A program made the translations under genes and the position numbers. Of a DNA stretch of 64,000 bases, positions 44,559-56,836 are shown one piece after another; within the stretch, counting starts at the first letter, position 1, and each line of letters starts with the position of its first letter. This DNA is from the human T2T-CHM13v2.0 reference genome, Homo sapiens, in assembly GCF_009914755.1 (NCBI RefSeq), contig NC_060939.1; one strand, 5' to 3'. The notes under the pieces are model-generated. The model ran no database searches, was not told where the DNA came from, and worked only from the letters and a program-made list of their open reading frames with translations.

Positions 44559-46679
44559 TTAATACACAATTCAGATTTTATCCGTATTAGGGGGAAAGAG
44601 ATGGCACTTAATCAAACATGACTACAAAATTACAGAATGGTCAGGAATTGTTGGCTTACCTAAATCGAAAAAGCCATGAGAGCATTAATTTGTTTTTTAA
44701 GTTGTCACATATCTGTGGGATTTGTGGGTTAAGAATAAAATAATCTGAAAATATTGTGTGCCCTTCTATTTTGCGAATATTTCCCTCATCTCTCATGATA
44801 CACATTTTTATGTTTAATTTTAAGTTAGTTAAGTCATTTGAATTTAAGTTAATTCAGTGTCATTTCAGGGCACAATTACAAACGTGTAAAAACAGCTTCC
44901 GTTACTGCTACTAAAATTTAATGAATATATGAGAAGTATACACAGCCTAAAACTGGTAATTAAAAAAAAAAAAAATCAGTAAATCCCCAAGGGATTATAA
45001 AGTAAAGCAAATTGGCCATTTGATGTACCCAATAGGTATTAGTGATGATACTTCTAAAGACCACTGATTTGACTCATGATTTCTTATTCTGTCTTTCCGA
45101 ATATGAAATCATGAAGAATTAAACAGCTACCAATACAAGATGAACTAGAGTAATTATTGTATCCCGGTCAACAGCTAGGAGGGGCACCTGAAATTAAAGG
45201 AAGCTCAAATCGGGATGGTGATATCAGCTGGTGGTCCAATAACCAACCACCACTGAGAAAGCTGTTTAGAATGAAGAACTCCTCTACATATCACTCAACT
45301 GCGCAGAACTCTCATGAAGGCGTTTTGTCTACCTAGGCTGCCTTCAATTAGGTTCATGTTGATTTGGTTTGAGTGTGTGTATAACCATGTGAGGCACGTG
45401 TGAAGAATGTGACATGGTGCATAACAATTGATTCTGTGCCTCATACCTGTGCTAGGGATCATCCCAAGCCAAAATCCAGGCAATTCTAGCAACCTCCAAT
45501 AGCATCACCCCTTCTATCTCTTGTTCTTGAGTCTTTTCTCCCTTCAAATCTGCCTTTACATGAGCCTCCAAACTGATTAAGAAGCAAGAAATGAATGAAA
45601 ACCAGTAAACCTGGTCTAGACTTTCTAGTAGTCTGTATACGTAAACCTCTTTAACTCTGCCTATAGATTTCACTGTGATGCAGAAATTGTTTCTAGTTTT
45701 TAAAATATCACCCCCTGGGATCAAAATTGGATGTGGAATGTAACAATATGAAAGGTAATGATACGAAATGCACTTTAATGTTGGTAATTAATTCCCTAAG
45801 GGATATAAAAAAGTCTTGTTCAGAAGTTCTCCTTTAATTCTCTCTTACTCTTAATATCCCCTGGCTGCTTCCTTTCTAATAGTTAATGTTTGAGATTTTT
45901 AAGGTTCATTTTTTCTTCCACTGGAAACTCCCTGGACCTCATCCATTGCCATTGCCATTACCATAGTTTCAGCTACTTTCTTCATAGAGCCCATCTCAGA
46001 TCCAGAGCTCAGTAGTGCAAGAAATGTTTATTTGATTTTCTGAAATGAACTAAGTTTCTGCCTCCAGTAGTAGAATACATAGTCCCAATCAATTCATTGG
46101 TCTTGCCTGACCCTCTTTTTGCTAAGCTGGATTCTGACTTCTAACAGGCTGTTGTGCTCCCTCATCTTGGTGATAAAGGTTCTCATCACTCCCTCCTGGA
46201 ATTAGTAGATGTATCTGTGTTCCCGCTGGCCTCTAGCTGTGGACATCTTTATCAAGTAGAATTACATTTGGCTGTTACCTAAACTAATAAGATTTAAAGA
46301 TTCATGTTATATGGCTGTCATGTAAAAGTCTAGACAGTGGGCAGGGCAGGGTTAATATGGCTAGTTTGCTCTGCCAAAGGGTCAGAAATTCAGGCACTTC
46401 ACAGCTCACTGCTCTGATGTTTGTAGGTGTGACCCTTATCCTCATAGTCCAGAGAGTGGCTCAAGCTTCAATCATTACGTCTATGTTCCAGGTTACAAGG
46501 CAGAGGAAGGAGTAAAGAAGAGAGTTCAGGTATCATGGTCATCTTTTAAAATGCCCTCCTCACCCCACAAGGGGTGGGAGGTAGTGAGAAAGACGGCCAG
46601 GTGCAAGGCAGTGGGACCCAGGTGTGTTCAAGGAAGGGTTTGCTTGGTGGACTGGTGATGGCAGAAATGGGAAATTAGT

Positions 46680-46888
46680 TACTTGTAGAGACAAGTGATC
46701 CAATAAGTGAATATATGAATGATAATGAGAACCACATTAGTCACTGTTGAAGAAGTTACAAGAATGGAAAGAGAAAACTTGAATGAGTCTTGTGTTGTTA
46801 TAATGAAATTGGTGGTGTTGATATGAACTCAAAAGTTTTTAACATATATATATAGTATATAAATAAATGTAGATGTAAACCTCTGCTG

Positions 46889-46934
<46 letters not shown>

Positions 46935-47600
46935 TATTTTCTACATTTGTATTCTAAGAGGGCCTGGGAACAATGACACCCCAAAAGCAATGAGCATATC
47001 TTGCATCCATATTTTAACTTTTTACTAAAAGAAACCAGGGCTCCTTGGAAAAATGGCTGATTCCAAGACTAGGACAAGGCAAATAAAAGTTGAGCCTGAA
47101 ACATCTTGTTATCCCAGAAAATAATGAAAGTAATGATGGAGACAGAATAAAAGGACACAGGAACCAACCTGAAAAAAGCTCCCACTGGCCAAAGATGGCC
47201 TAACTTGAGCACTAAAATAAATTATGATAGCAACAGATTATAATCCAATGAATAATTCTGGTACCATGTGTTCATTACAGATATAAATTATAATAAATGA
47301 GTACATTCAAAGTTCAATGAAAAATGAGATTTTTACAGGGTTCAACGTATATTTCCAGAAAGTACTTAGTTACATAGATTAAAAGGCTGAAATATACCAC
47401 CTTAATCAAATGATCAAAGTGAACATTTGATAAACCAAAATCTTGCAACCCATTGCTTTTCCTCCATAACTTGGATCTAATCATGAGAAAACAAATCCAA
47501 TTTAAGGAACGTACTACAAAATATCTGCCCTGTAATCTTCAAAAGTGTCAAGGACATAGAAGTCAAGAAAGTTGGAGGAACTGTTCCAGACTGACAGATT
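46680..47600 (+). mobile_element. L1MC-type 3' fragment with (CA)n
   Basis: Shares AAAATGGCTGATT and GCTCCCACTGG blocks with the 35-kb copy. Confidence 0.5.
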
Positions 47601-48626
47601 AAAGACCCTGTATTATGGTTCCCTAGAGAAACAGAACCAATAGGATGCAGATATATAAAGAGATTTGTTATGGCTGGGCACGGTGGCTTACGCCTATAAT
47701 CCCAGGTTTGGAGTGCAGTGGTGCTATCTTGGCTCACTGTAACCTCTGCCTCCTGGGTTCAGGTGATTCTCTTGCCTCAGTCTCCTGAGTAGCTGGGATT
47801 ACTGGTATGTGCCACCATGCCTGGCTAATTTTTCTATTTTTAGTAGAGATAGCGTTTCACCATGTTGGCTAGGCTGGTTTTGAACACCTGGCCTCAAGTG
47901 ATCTGCCTGCCTTGGCCTCCTAAAGTGCTGGGATTACAGGCATGTGCCATCATACCCAGTGTCAACATATTTTTTTCTACCAGGAGTTTCAAAGCTCTAT
48001 TTTAAAACTTATAAGCTGAGCATTGACTTATCTTTCTCTTTTCATTTCTGTAGTAACAGTTCTAGCCTGAGGGCAGTAATCAGAAAACCTCACTGCTGTC
48101 TGACTGGAGCCAGAGGAAGGGCGGCAGGATATTCCAGGAATATAAGTAGTTATCAACAATAAAATTTCACAATACCTTGCTATAGCTTCCACACCCTTAT
48201 CTCTTACCTAAGCTTCAGACCTGTATTTCCCACTAACTGTCTCTTTCTTGGTATCATGAAAAAAGTCTCAAACTAAATAGATCCCAAAATGAACTCATTA
48301 TAATCCTGTATTCTGTGTCTCTGGAAATAGCATTATTGTCTATCTAGTTGCAAAGGCTAGAGACTTCTGAGTATTCTAAAATTCATACCCCCTGCCCATT
48401 CCTACAACTTCTTCCTATCACCAATTTGTTATACAATTGAAATTCTTTCCTCTTCTACCTAAGATTTTTTTTCTCTTCTTATTGGTATCCATGGCTAATG
48501 TCGGTACACCCATCATTGTCTGGTAATTGGCTCAGACTGGTAGCTTTTTGTCTTTTTTTGTTTCACCCTATATCTTCTGAGACAAATGTTTGCATGCAGT
48601 AATTTTTTTTGAGACACACTCCCAAG

Positions 48627-48827
48627 CAGTAGTGTGCTGGACTCAACTCATACTGGCATCCAAGGTACAATTGTGTACACCTCTATCCAACTGCAGATTT
48701 GGTGATGTCATGTTGGTAGCTTGAAATTATGGTGTATTTATATCACAGAAATAGGCAAACACTACAAACCAAGATCATTTTATTTTCCTGGAGAGGCAGT
48801 TATTAAACATTTATCGGAACGCGACTG
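48627..48827. mobile_element. MER63-like DNA transposon within an old LTR-like stretch
   Basis: GTGTGCTGG...GATGTCATGTTGGTAGCTTGAAAT...TTAAACATTTA blocks. Confidence 0.55.
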
Positions 48828-50485
48828 AGCCTAGGAAACATGAGTGAGGGACTGAAAAGAGTAAAACAAGGAATGGCATAAGACCCATGCAGTGATTTTG
48901 TAAATTTTTTAGTTTCCTTTACATGATTAACCTGATTTGGGCTCGATATCACTAAGGACCCTTCAGGAGTCATATAGAATGTACCTCAGAATTGTTCTAC
49001 CAAGAAGGGAGTATTTATTCGTTAGTTTCCATTCCCTATTGGACAGGGGTTATTTCATAGGATGTTAATATTTGCAGATTTCCTTGTGTATAGAATGGCT
49101 GAATTGGCTCCTACAGGTATGTCCAACAGCAGTGGCAGTGAGGCACAGGGGCAGAAAGTGAAATATACATTAAACAACTAAAATGAGTTGCTGTCTGGTT
49201 ACATCTCTACATCTTTGGTTGCTGCAGCAAGGACTGGAGTAAAGGTTAGTTGAGAGGGTATGAGTCAGAGTGCAAGAGGAATCTAATACATGTGCAGATC
49301 TGCCCCACACTTAGTCCATTCTGCCGTAGGGTCTTTGAGGTGTGTCCAGTATTTACCTCTCCAAAAGACTTGATAGACAAGGGTTTCTAGGATAAGCTGC
49401 AGCATCTACTGTGTAACTGGTCTCAGGGTCATAAATGATATGCATTATCTCTCTCCTATACCACCCACTCTCAATTTTCCCATTCTTGGCCAGTACTTCA
49501 GCAAATTTAGGTTATTGCCTGGTGGGGACTCAGATTTTCCTCCCCAAGAGGTATGATTTGTCAGTTGTGTTTAACTTATTGGGTCATGGTTCTAGTAATT
49601 GCCCATTTAGAATTGTCATTGGACATGCAAGTACTAAAATATGCGGTGGATCCCCTGAGTTCCAAACATACGCTTTCTTGTCTTTCTTGTGTAACTCAAC
49701 CATAGCTCCTATACCTCCCTGCCAATACGGTAATTACTATGTTTGTCTATTGGTCCACTAACATGAGAAGCTCAAAAATGACCAAGTGGTGGTCATAGCT
49801 TCCAGTACAGTGGGACCCTTGCTGTGTCTCCTGGAAGAAGCATCCCTTCTACCCCATAGTAGGAACTAGGATTCCTATGCAGCAGTACCTAAATTGTCTT
49901 GCAGCTCTCCCTGAATTAGTCTGGGAGTTCTTTGAATATAGGAACTGTATTTATCTTCCCATTGGACACATAGAAGCCAGTCAACAGTTATATGAATGAA
50001 AGATTATATTTGCCAGAAACGGGGAAAAATGTATATGTAACACTGATTTTTTCCCTCATAAAATCTTATTTATGGATTTTATGCTGTTTCTTATTGCATA
50101 TGACTCAATTCTGCAATAGATAAACCATATCTGTACCATTAATATGCCATAGTTCAAAACCTTTAAGCAAATGCTGTTGTTTATTTTAGCTCCCAAATAT
50201 AAAATAAACTTACAAAGAACATTCCATTTCAATTATTAGCAATTTTTGAGTGGTAAAATGAAAAAGAGGTTAAAATATCAATATTACAAAAGTGTTGCCT
50301 TTCTACAATAACTTGAGCTTTCAGCTAAAATGAGTAGCATTTAGAATTTCTCTGATTATATTTGCCTGAATTATTAAAAAAAGAAAGATAATAATTTGAA
50401 ATGCAAAATGCTTTATATGGTTCCTAGGAGAAGAAAAGACATTATTTGTGGGTTCTTTTACCCTAGCTATTTTTTTTTTTTTTGA

Positions 50486-50620
<135 letters not shown>

Positions 50621-51240
50621 TAAGAGAATCTGCCTATAAAAGTGATTTTTAGTTAAACATTTAAGATATTTCTTCCATTCTATTTTAACATGTAGAGTAA
50701 AAGCATTATAAATAAGGATTCCTACTAAAGGTCTGGTGTTTCTACACTATTATTTAAAATGACTCAAATGTGTGAATGAAAATAAGATTATCTCCTTATA
50801 AGATCAAGAAGAGAAGTTGGCAAGCAATTAGAAGTGCTCAATATTATTCTATAGGTAATGTAATGTGTGTGTGTAGTTTTGTCTTCTTTCTTTATATGTA
50901 ATATTTCTGCGGCAAATAAGTAGTTTTAAGTTACATACAGCTTCATATGTCTAAGCCATTTGATAAAATGGTCTCCAACTTTTTCTACCAAAAATAGATT
51001 AACATTCCAGTTTTGTTTTTAAGAGATGATGAGTGATAAAATGGCTTGAGGGCTTTGCAGGAAGCCGTTTATAAATTAAGCTAAAGGTCTTGTCTACCTG
51101 TACAAACTTGTTTAGCTTTTGGTTGAAGAAACTGAAGAGCAGATAAATACTTTGTAAGCAACTTTTACTATAAATTTGTAGCATGTGAATTCTTCCTTTT
51201 TCTTCTGACTCATTTCTGAGGCCAAAACTAAAGTAACTTC

Positions 51241-51622
51241 TGCTATGGTTTGAATATGTCTCCCAAAGTTTATGTGTTGGAAATTTAAACCCCAGTGCAA
51301 CAGTGTTGAGAGGTGGGATCTTTAAGAGGTAATTATCAGCTGGGCGTAGTGACTCATGCCTGTAATCCCAGCACTTTGGGAGGTTGAAGCAGGAGGACTG
51401 CTTGAGGCCAGGAGTTTGAGACCAGCTTGGACAATATAGCAAAACCCTGTCTGTAAAAAAAAAAAAATAATAATAAAATTAATTAGCCAGGCATGGTGGT
51501 GCGTGCCTATAGTCTTAGCTACTTGGGAGGCTGAGGTGGATAACTTGAGCCCAGGAGTTCAAATCTCTGTCCATTTAAAATTACCCAACAGATATTCTGT
51601 TACAGCAGCACAAAGTTTGAGG
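51241..51622 (+). mobile_element. MST-type LTR remnant with internal partial Alu (51338-51565)
   Basis: TGCTATGGTTTGAATATGTC start; TTCTGTTACAGCAGCACAAA end. Confidence 0.7.
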
Positions 51623-51648
51623 CAGATATTTTTGAGTTTAAAACACTA

Positions 51649-52056
<408 letters not shown>

Positions 52057-52361
52057 TTACAGGCGTGAGCTACCGCGCCCAGCCAACACCCTTATTCTTA
52101 AAGGGGTGTACAACCAGGGTTTCTTTGTTGTTTATTTTTTTTCTGCCCATTTCTCCCCACATAATCCCTAGCTTCCTGTCATCCTTTTCCTTTCTTTTCT
52201 CCACCCTCCATTCCCTCACTGAATATACCAGGAACTCCAATATCTTCTTTCCTTAAACTGCAGAACAATTCAACTCTTCAATCCCAAATTTAGCTCTAGG
52301 CTCATTTTGCATACCTAAACCTATCAAGGTATTCAGCAGAACAAAAGGGACTTTCTTATAA

Positions 52362-52722
<361 letters not shown>

Positions 52723-55061
52723 TCTTCATTTTTTTTAATTTTTTTATTTTTTTACAATGTTTCCCATTTTTATTTTTTCCTTCTACATTTAACTATTAAA
52801 AAAGTTTGTTATTAATAAATGGGCTTCTCTGTGGTTCATATACAATCATAAGTGAACTTTAAATTCCATTTTATACAAACATCTCCAAAAATATTGGGAG
52901 TGAAGTATGGTAGGAAATATTGCTTACATTGCTAATTAACATGCATATATGAAGGAGGAAAATGTTTTGTTAATGCATATACCTCCAGAGCAGAAAACCC
53001 ACCCAAAACAAAAGATCTAAAATAAAACATACAGTAGCTGATTACAAAAAAAGGTAATGTCCACAAAATTAAGTTTTTCATGCTATTCTACTTTCTAGTA
53101 CTATGCTTCAGGTAATCAATTTGCATGGCTAGATGTTGGATACTTGAGGTATATAAGAAGGGAAACCTGCATGTTGAGGAAAATCTGTCATCTTAAGGGT
53201 TGTTTCTTTTTGTTTGTTTATTCTGGTACTTTAACATTTTTAAAAGATATTTTATTTACATCAAAATTCACTGAACTACAATGACATTCCAATTATAATA
53301 GATGACAAACAACGCCTCTATCACTAGGCACTTTTAAAAGGGAGTTCAGGCTTTACAGAACCCTTCTGATGCAATCCCATGTATGATATGACATCATCCC
53401 ACCACCCTCCTCCAACTAAAATTACCCTCTGGGGAAATATTACCTTATATAGCCTGATTAATTTACTATGGAAGAAATTAGCATAAAATGACTAAAGTAA
53501 ATGCATCATTTAAGACTAATAAAACAGTTTAAGATGTCAGGTTTGAAAGAGGAGACAAATTGTGTATATTTAAACTAATTAAATAATTTAAATTTAACCT
53601 GTACTTTATATATTAGTGAGACACAAATATAGGCTATTGTCTTTTAAAATTTCATTCACATAATGGAAAATTTCTTGTTTATTAAAAATATCACATTTTG
53701 AGACTAGAAACAGTAAAGTGCATGAAAAGTTTAAAATATAAATTTCAGAAAACTCTTATAGCAGCAAAAAAGCAGAATAAAGAAAAACTTAAAAACACAG
53801 ACACAACCTTTTCCTGTTACTGTGCCATAATTAACATCAAGTAGCCAACAAATTTTTCCCCAGAAAACAGTATTCTGTTCACTGCCTCTTGAGTCACAGA
53901 TTTTCAACTGGCTCCTCCTAGGCAAAAAAAAGATTCCAACATACCTAAAGGCATCAACAATTGGGAATAAACCAGTAGCTTCTTAATTAAACCCTGACAG
54001 ACAACTGAAACAAAGATTAAAAGCATATGATGGCCATTTGGCAGCTAGAGTCAGGAAAATGACCCAACGTTTTCAACTACTGCCCCAAATTTGTTCTCTC
54101 TCCCAAATCCTTTGCACTGTCATCTCAAAAAACCAACAGCCACATAATCTGTGTTGGAAACACATAAAATATCTGTATGATTTTCCCCATCTGAAACTCT
54201 GATCAAGGCCTTTTTATTCAGCAGATTTTTTTCTTCTTTTAACATTTGACTATAATGGCAAAAATGATATAGGTCATATAACATCTGTTTTCCTGGCACA
54301 ACCAGACAGAAGGTTGAATTGGAATAAGGAAAAATTCATTCTGTGGGCATCCTAAACGTACCGCATTCTATTTTCAAGGTATGTGGCAATACAGATTACT
54401 TACTCTTTCTCTATAAATAAACTTGAGAGACAGGCTTAGAATTAATACTTCCAATAAGGTTATATAGAGAGGACAAAAAAACCAAAGTGATTCCTCAAAA
54501 AAACTCCAAACCAGCATTTGGCCAACAAATTGTCATGTGGTGTTACATGCTTGATTATGAAAGCATACTGTGCAACCATCTTTAACTTTTCAAATTTTCT
54601 TTCCATGTATAGAGGCTATATCATAGTTTATGTACTGAACAAGTAAATTTAAGTACTCTGTTAATGTGCAAATGACTTGGGAATCCAAAAGTCAGTTATA
54701 AAGGAAAAATTCAAGGTTTTCCCTGGAAGGCATATCATCATTCAGTTTAAAATACTGTATTTATAGTTTTTAAAAATTGCCTTTTATAAAATGGTTGGCT
54801 CACTGAAACCATTCAAAAGAAAGTATTTGTTTTGGAAAAACAAATACACTGTTGTTGGGCCTCAAATTGGTAATTTATCAATTTTGAATGCTGGCTGTTA
54901 ATACAATATAAAGAAGGTCCAATTTAAAAACATGTTAAATTAAAATTTTGGAAAGAGAGTAATACTTTGGTTCCAGCCCTACTGCCAAATGATACCAATA
55001 TGCACAAAAATGTACAAAGTCTTACAGCAAACACATAAAGAAAGAAACGTGAAGAAGCAGC

Positions 55062-56606
55062 TTAAGGATGGCCATACTTCACTCCTACATACTTTGATTT
55101 ACAACTGTACAGGTCCATAGCAACAGATCCCCGTCTTGGCGGGGCAGTACTCCACCACCTCCGATTAGGCAAGTGAACACCATTGACAAGAGGCAGGAGT
55201 GGAGGGTGGAGTTCAAGTTGTGTTAACAGTGAGAAGTGGTCTGAAGGGATGTGAGGGTGTGGACACCCAGTGATGTTGTTCTCAACCAGCCATTGAGGAT
55301 CTAAAGGCCCCAGGACACCAAGCACATTCATATGAGTCTTGGAATAGAAAATGTAGTCAATCACGCCTTTGAAATCAAAGGTGTAATTGGTGTAAGGCAT
55401 CAAGTTATTTTCGTAGGCGCTCTTAAGTTGGAAGCCATGTGTGATTCTCCCTTCTGAGCTTCCATTCTTTCCATTGCAGCTGAAGTTCATAAGACACTTA
55501 TTGTACCTTAGTTCCTTGAAGTCTTTATGGTTGTCAGCTATTCCTCCATTGCTTAAGTATTCCACAACACCTGAATCTGGCAATGAGTTAAGATCTGCAC
55601 ATAGCACCAGCGGGATGGAATTAGGATCTGCAGTTGGGCTGCCAGACCTACTAGAGGCTTTCTCCAGAATGGTTTTAACCTCTGAGACAAACATCATGGT
55701 CTGGATGAGCTTCACATCAGAATACTCTGGGTCCCAATGCATGTGGGCATTTGCCACTATAAGCAGCTGTTTGTCTGCAGCATGAATAGGCTTCATACCT
55801 GCTCCAAATAGTTCTTTGTGGACCTCTAATACCACAGTGACACCAATGTTATCTTTTGTCATCACTCTGTTCAGCATAGCTTCAGATCCATCTGAATTAG
55901 CCATTGCCACTTGGTTAAATTCCACTGCATGCTTCTGCACCAATGTAAATTTTTCTCTTTTGAAAAATATTGCACAACCATCTACATGCTTTCTCTCCTG
56001 CTCAGACATGATTTTGGCACGTGACTTTGGAGAAAAAAATCCATCATATTCACGCTCCTTCAATGCTGGCAGAAAGAGAGTGAAGTATTGCTCTGTTTCC
56101 ACTTCCTGAAGACTAATGATATCTGCGTCACAGTTAACAATTTCTTCCATAATTCCCTTTTTCCTGTATTCCAAGTTTAATGCCCAGGATGGGCAATAAC
56201 CATATAGCTGCCGGGTAGCGTATTTATCACATAACACATTGTAACAGATAACCGTGAATGATGCTGATGGCAGAATTTGGTCTCGTTCTTTTAATGTAAT
56301 CCATGGCCTCGGAGGAAGCTGCTCTGGATGAACTGCGAGATTGTCAAGCATGAAGTTCAGTAGATTTCGGGTTCCATCTGGGTCCTGGTATAAGTTGAGA
56401 ATATCCTGTGATAAAGGATTGCCTTTCAAACCTAGAGTTTGTAGCTGGAAGAGCCCACCAAGTTCATAAGGCAAAACCCGTAACAAGCAATTCCCCGAGA
56501 TTTCTAATTCTGCCCAGTGAGATTTTTTCCCATTGGCTACCTCCTCTGCTGACATGATGGTATAAATTCTGCGAGGATCTGGAGGATCATATTTTTCCTT
56601 TGGCAT
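55062..56606 (-). CDS. Intact 514-aa ORF of the CNOT6L retrocopy (LRR-deleted EEP deadenylase with 31-aa C-terminal extension); translation unproven
   Basis: ATG at 56606 (ATAGGGATGC) open to TAA at 55062-55064; motifs CYNVL, LQEVE, NAHMHWDP, CADLNS, VIDYIFY and PSDH intact. Confidence 0.45.
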   Translation of the reverse strand: MPKEKYDPPDPRRIYTIMSAEEVANGKKSHWAELEISGNCLLRVLPYELGGLFQLQTLGLKGNPLSQDILNLYQDPDGTRNLLNFMLDNLAVHPEQLPPRPWITLKERDQILPSASFTVICYNVLCDKYATRQLYGYCPSWALNLEYRKKGIMEEIVNCDADIISLQEVETEQYFTLFLPALKEREYDGFFSPKSRAKIMSEQERKHVDGCAIFFKREKFTLVQKHAVEFNQVAMANSDGSEAMLNRVMTKDNIGVTVVLEVHKELFGAGMKPIHAADKQLLIVANAHMHWDPEYSDVKLIQTMMFVSEVKTILEKASSRSGSPTADPNSIPLVLCADLNSLPDSGVVEYLSNGGIADNHKDFKELRYNKCLMNFSCNGKNGSSEGRITHGFQLKSAYENNLMPYTNYTFDFKGVIDYIFYSKTHMNVLGVLGPLDPQWLVENNITGCPHPHIPSDHFSLLTQLELHPPLLPLVNGVHLPNRRWWSTAPPRRGSVAMDLYSCKSKYVGVKYGHP

Positions 56607-56667
56607 CCCTATTAGTCTGCATTCAGCGCGCCAGGATCCGGGCGGCGGCGGCGGCGGTGGCGATGGG

Positions 56668-56836
56668 GCGGCTGGTGCTGGTGCTGCGGCGGCTGGTGCT
56701 GGTGCTGCCGCGGCTGGTGCTGGTGCTGCGGCGGCGGGGGAGGCGGCGGCGGCGGGGGAGGCGGCGGCGGCGGGGGAGGCGGCGGCGGCGGGGGAGGCGG
56801 CGGCGGCGGGGGAGGCGGCGGCGGCGGGGGAGGCGG
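56668..56836. repeat. GC-rich compound VNTR: 3 x 21 bp plus 6 x 18 bp
   Basis: GCGGCTGGTGCTGGTGCTGCS at 56668, 56689 and 56710; GCGGCGGGGGAGGCGGCG with its single A at 56741, 56759, 56777, 56795, 56813 and 56831. Confidence 0.95.

Noticed and set aside
55441-56109. Plus-strand ORFs of 114 and 97 aa
   Set aside because: Antisense shadows of the CNOT6L coding sequence.
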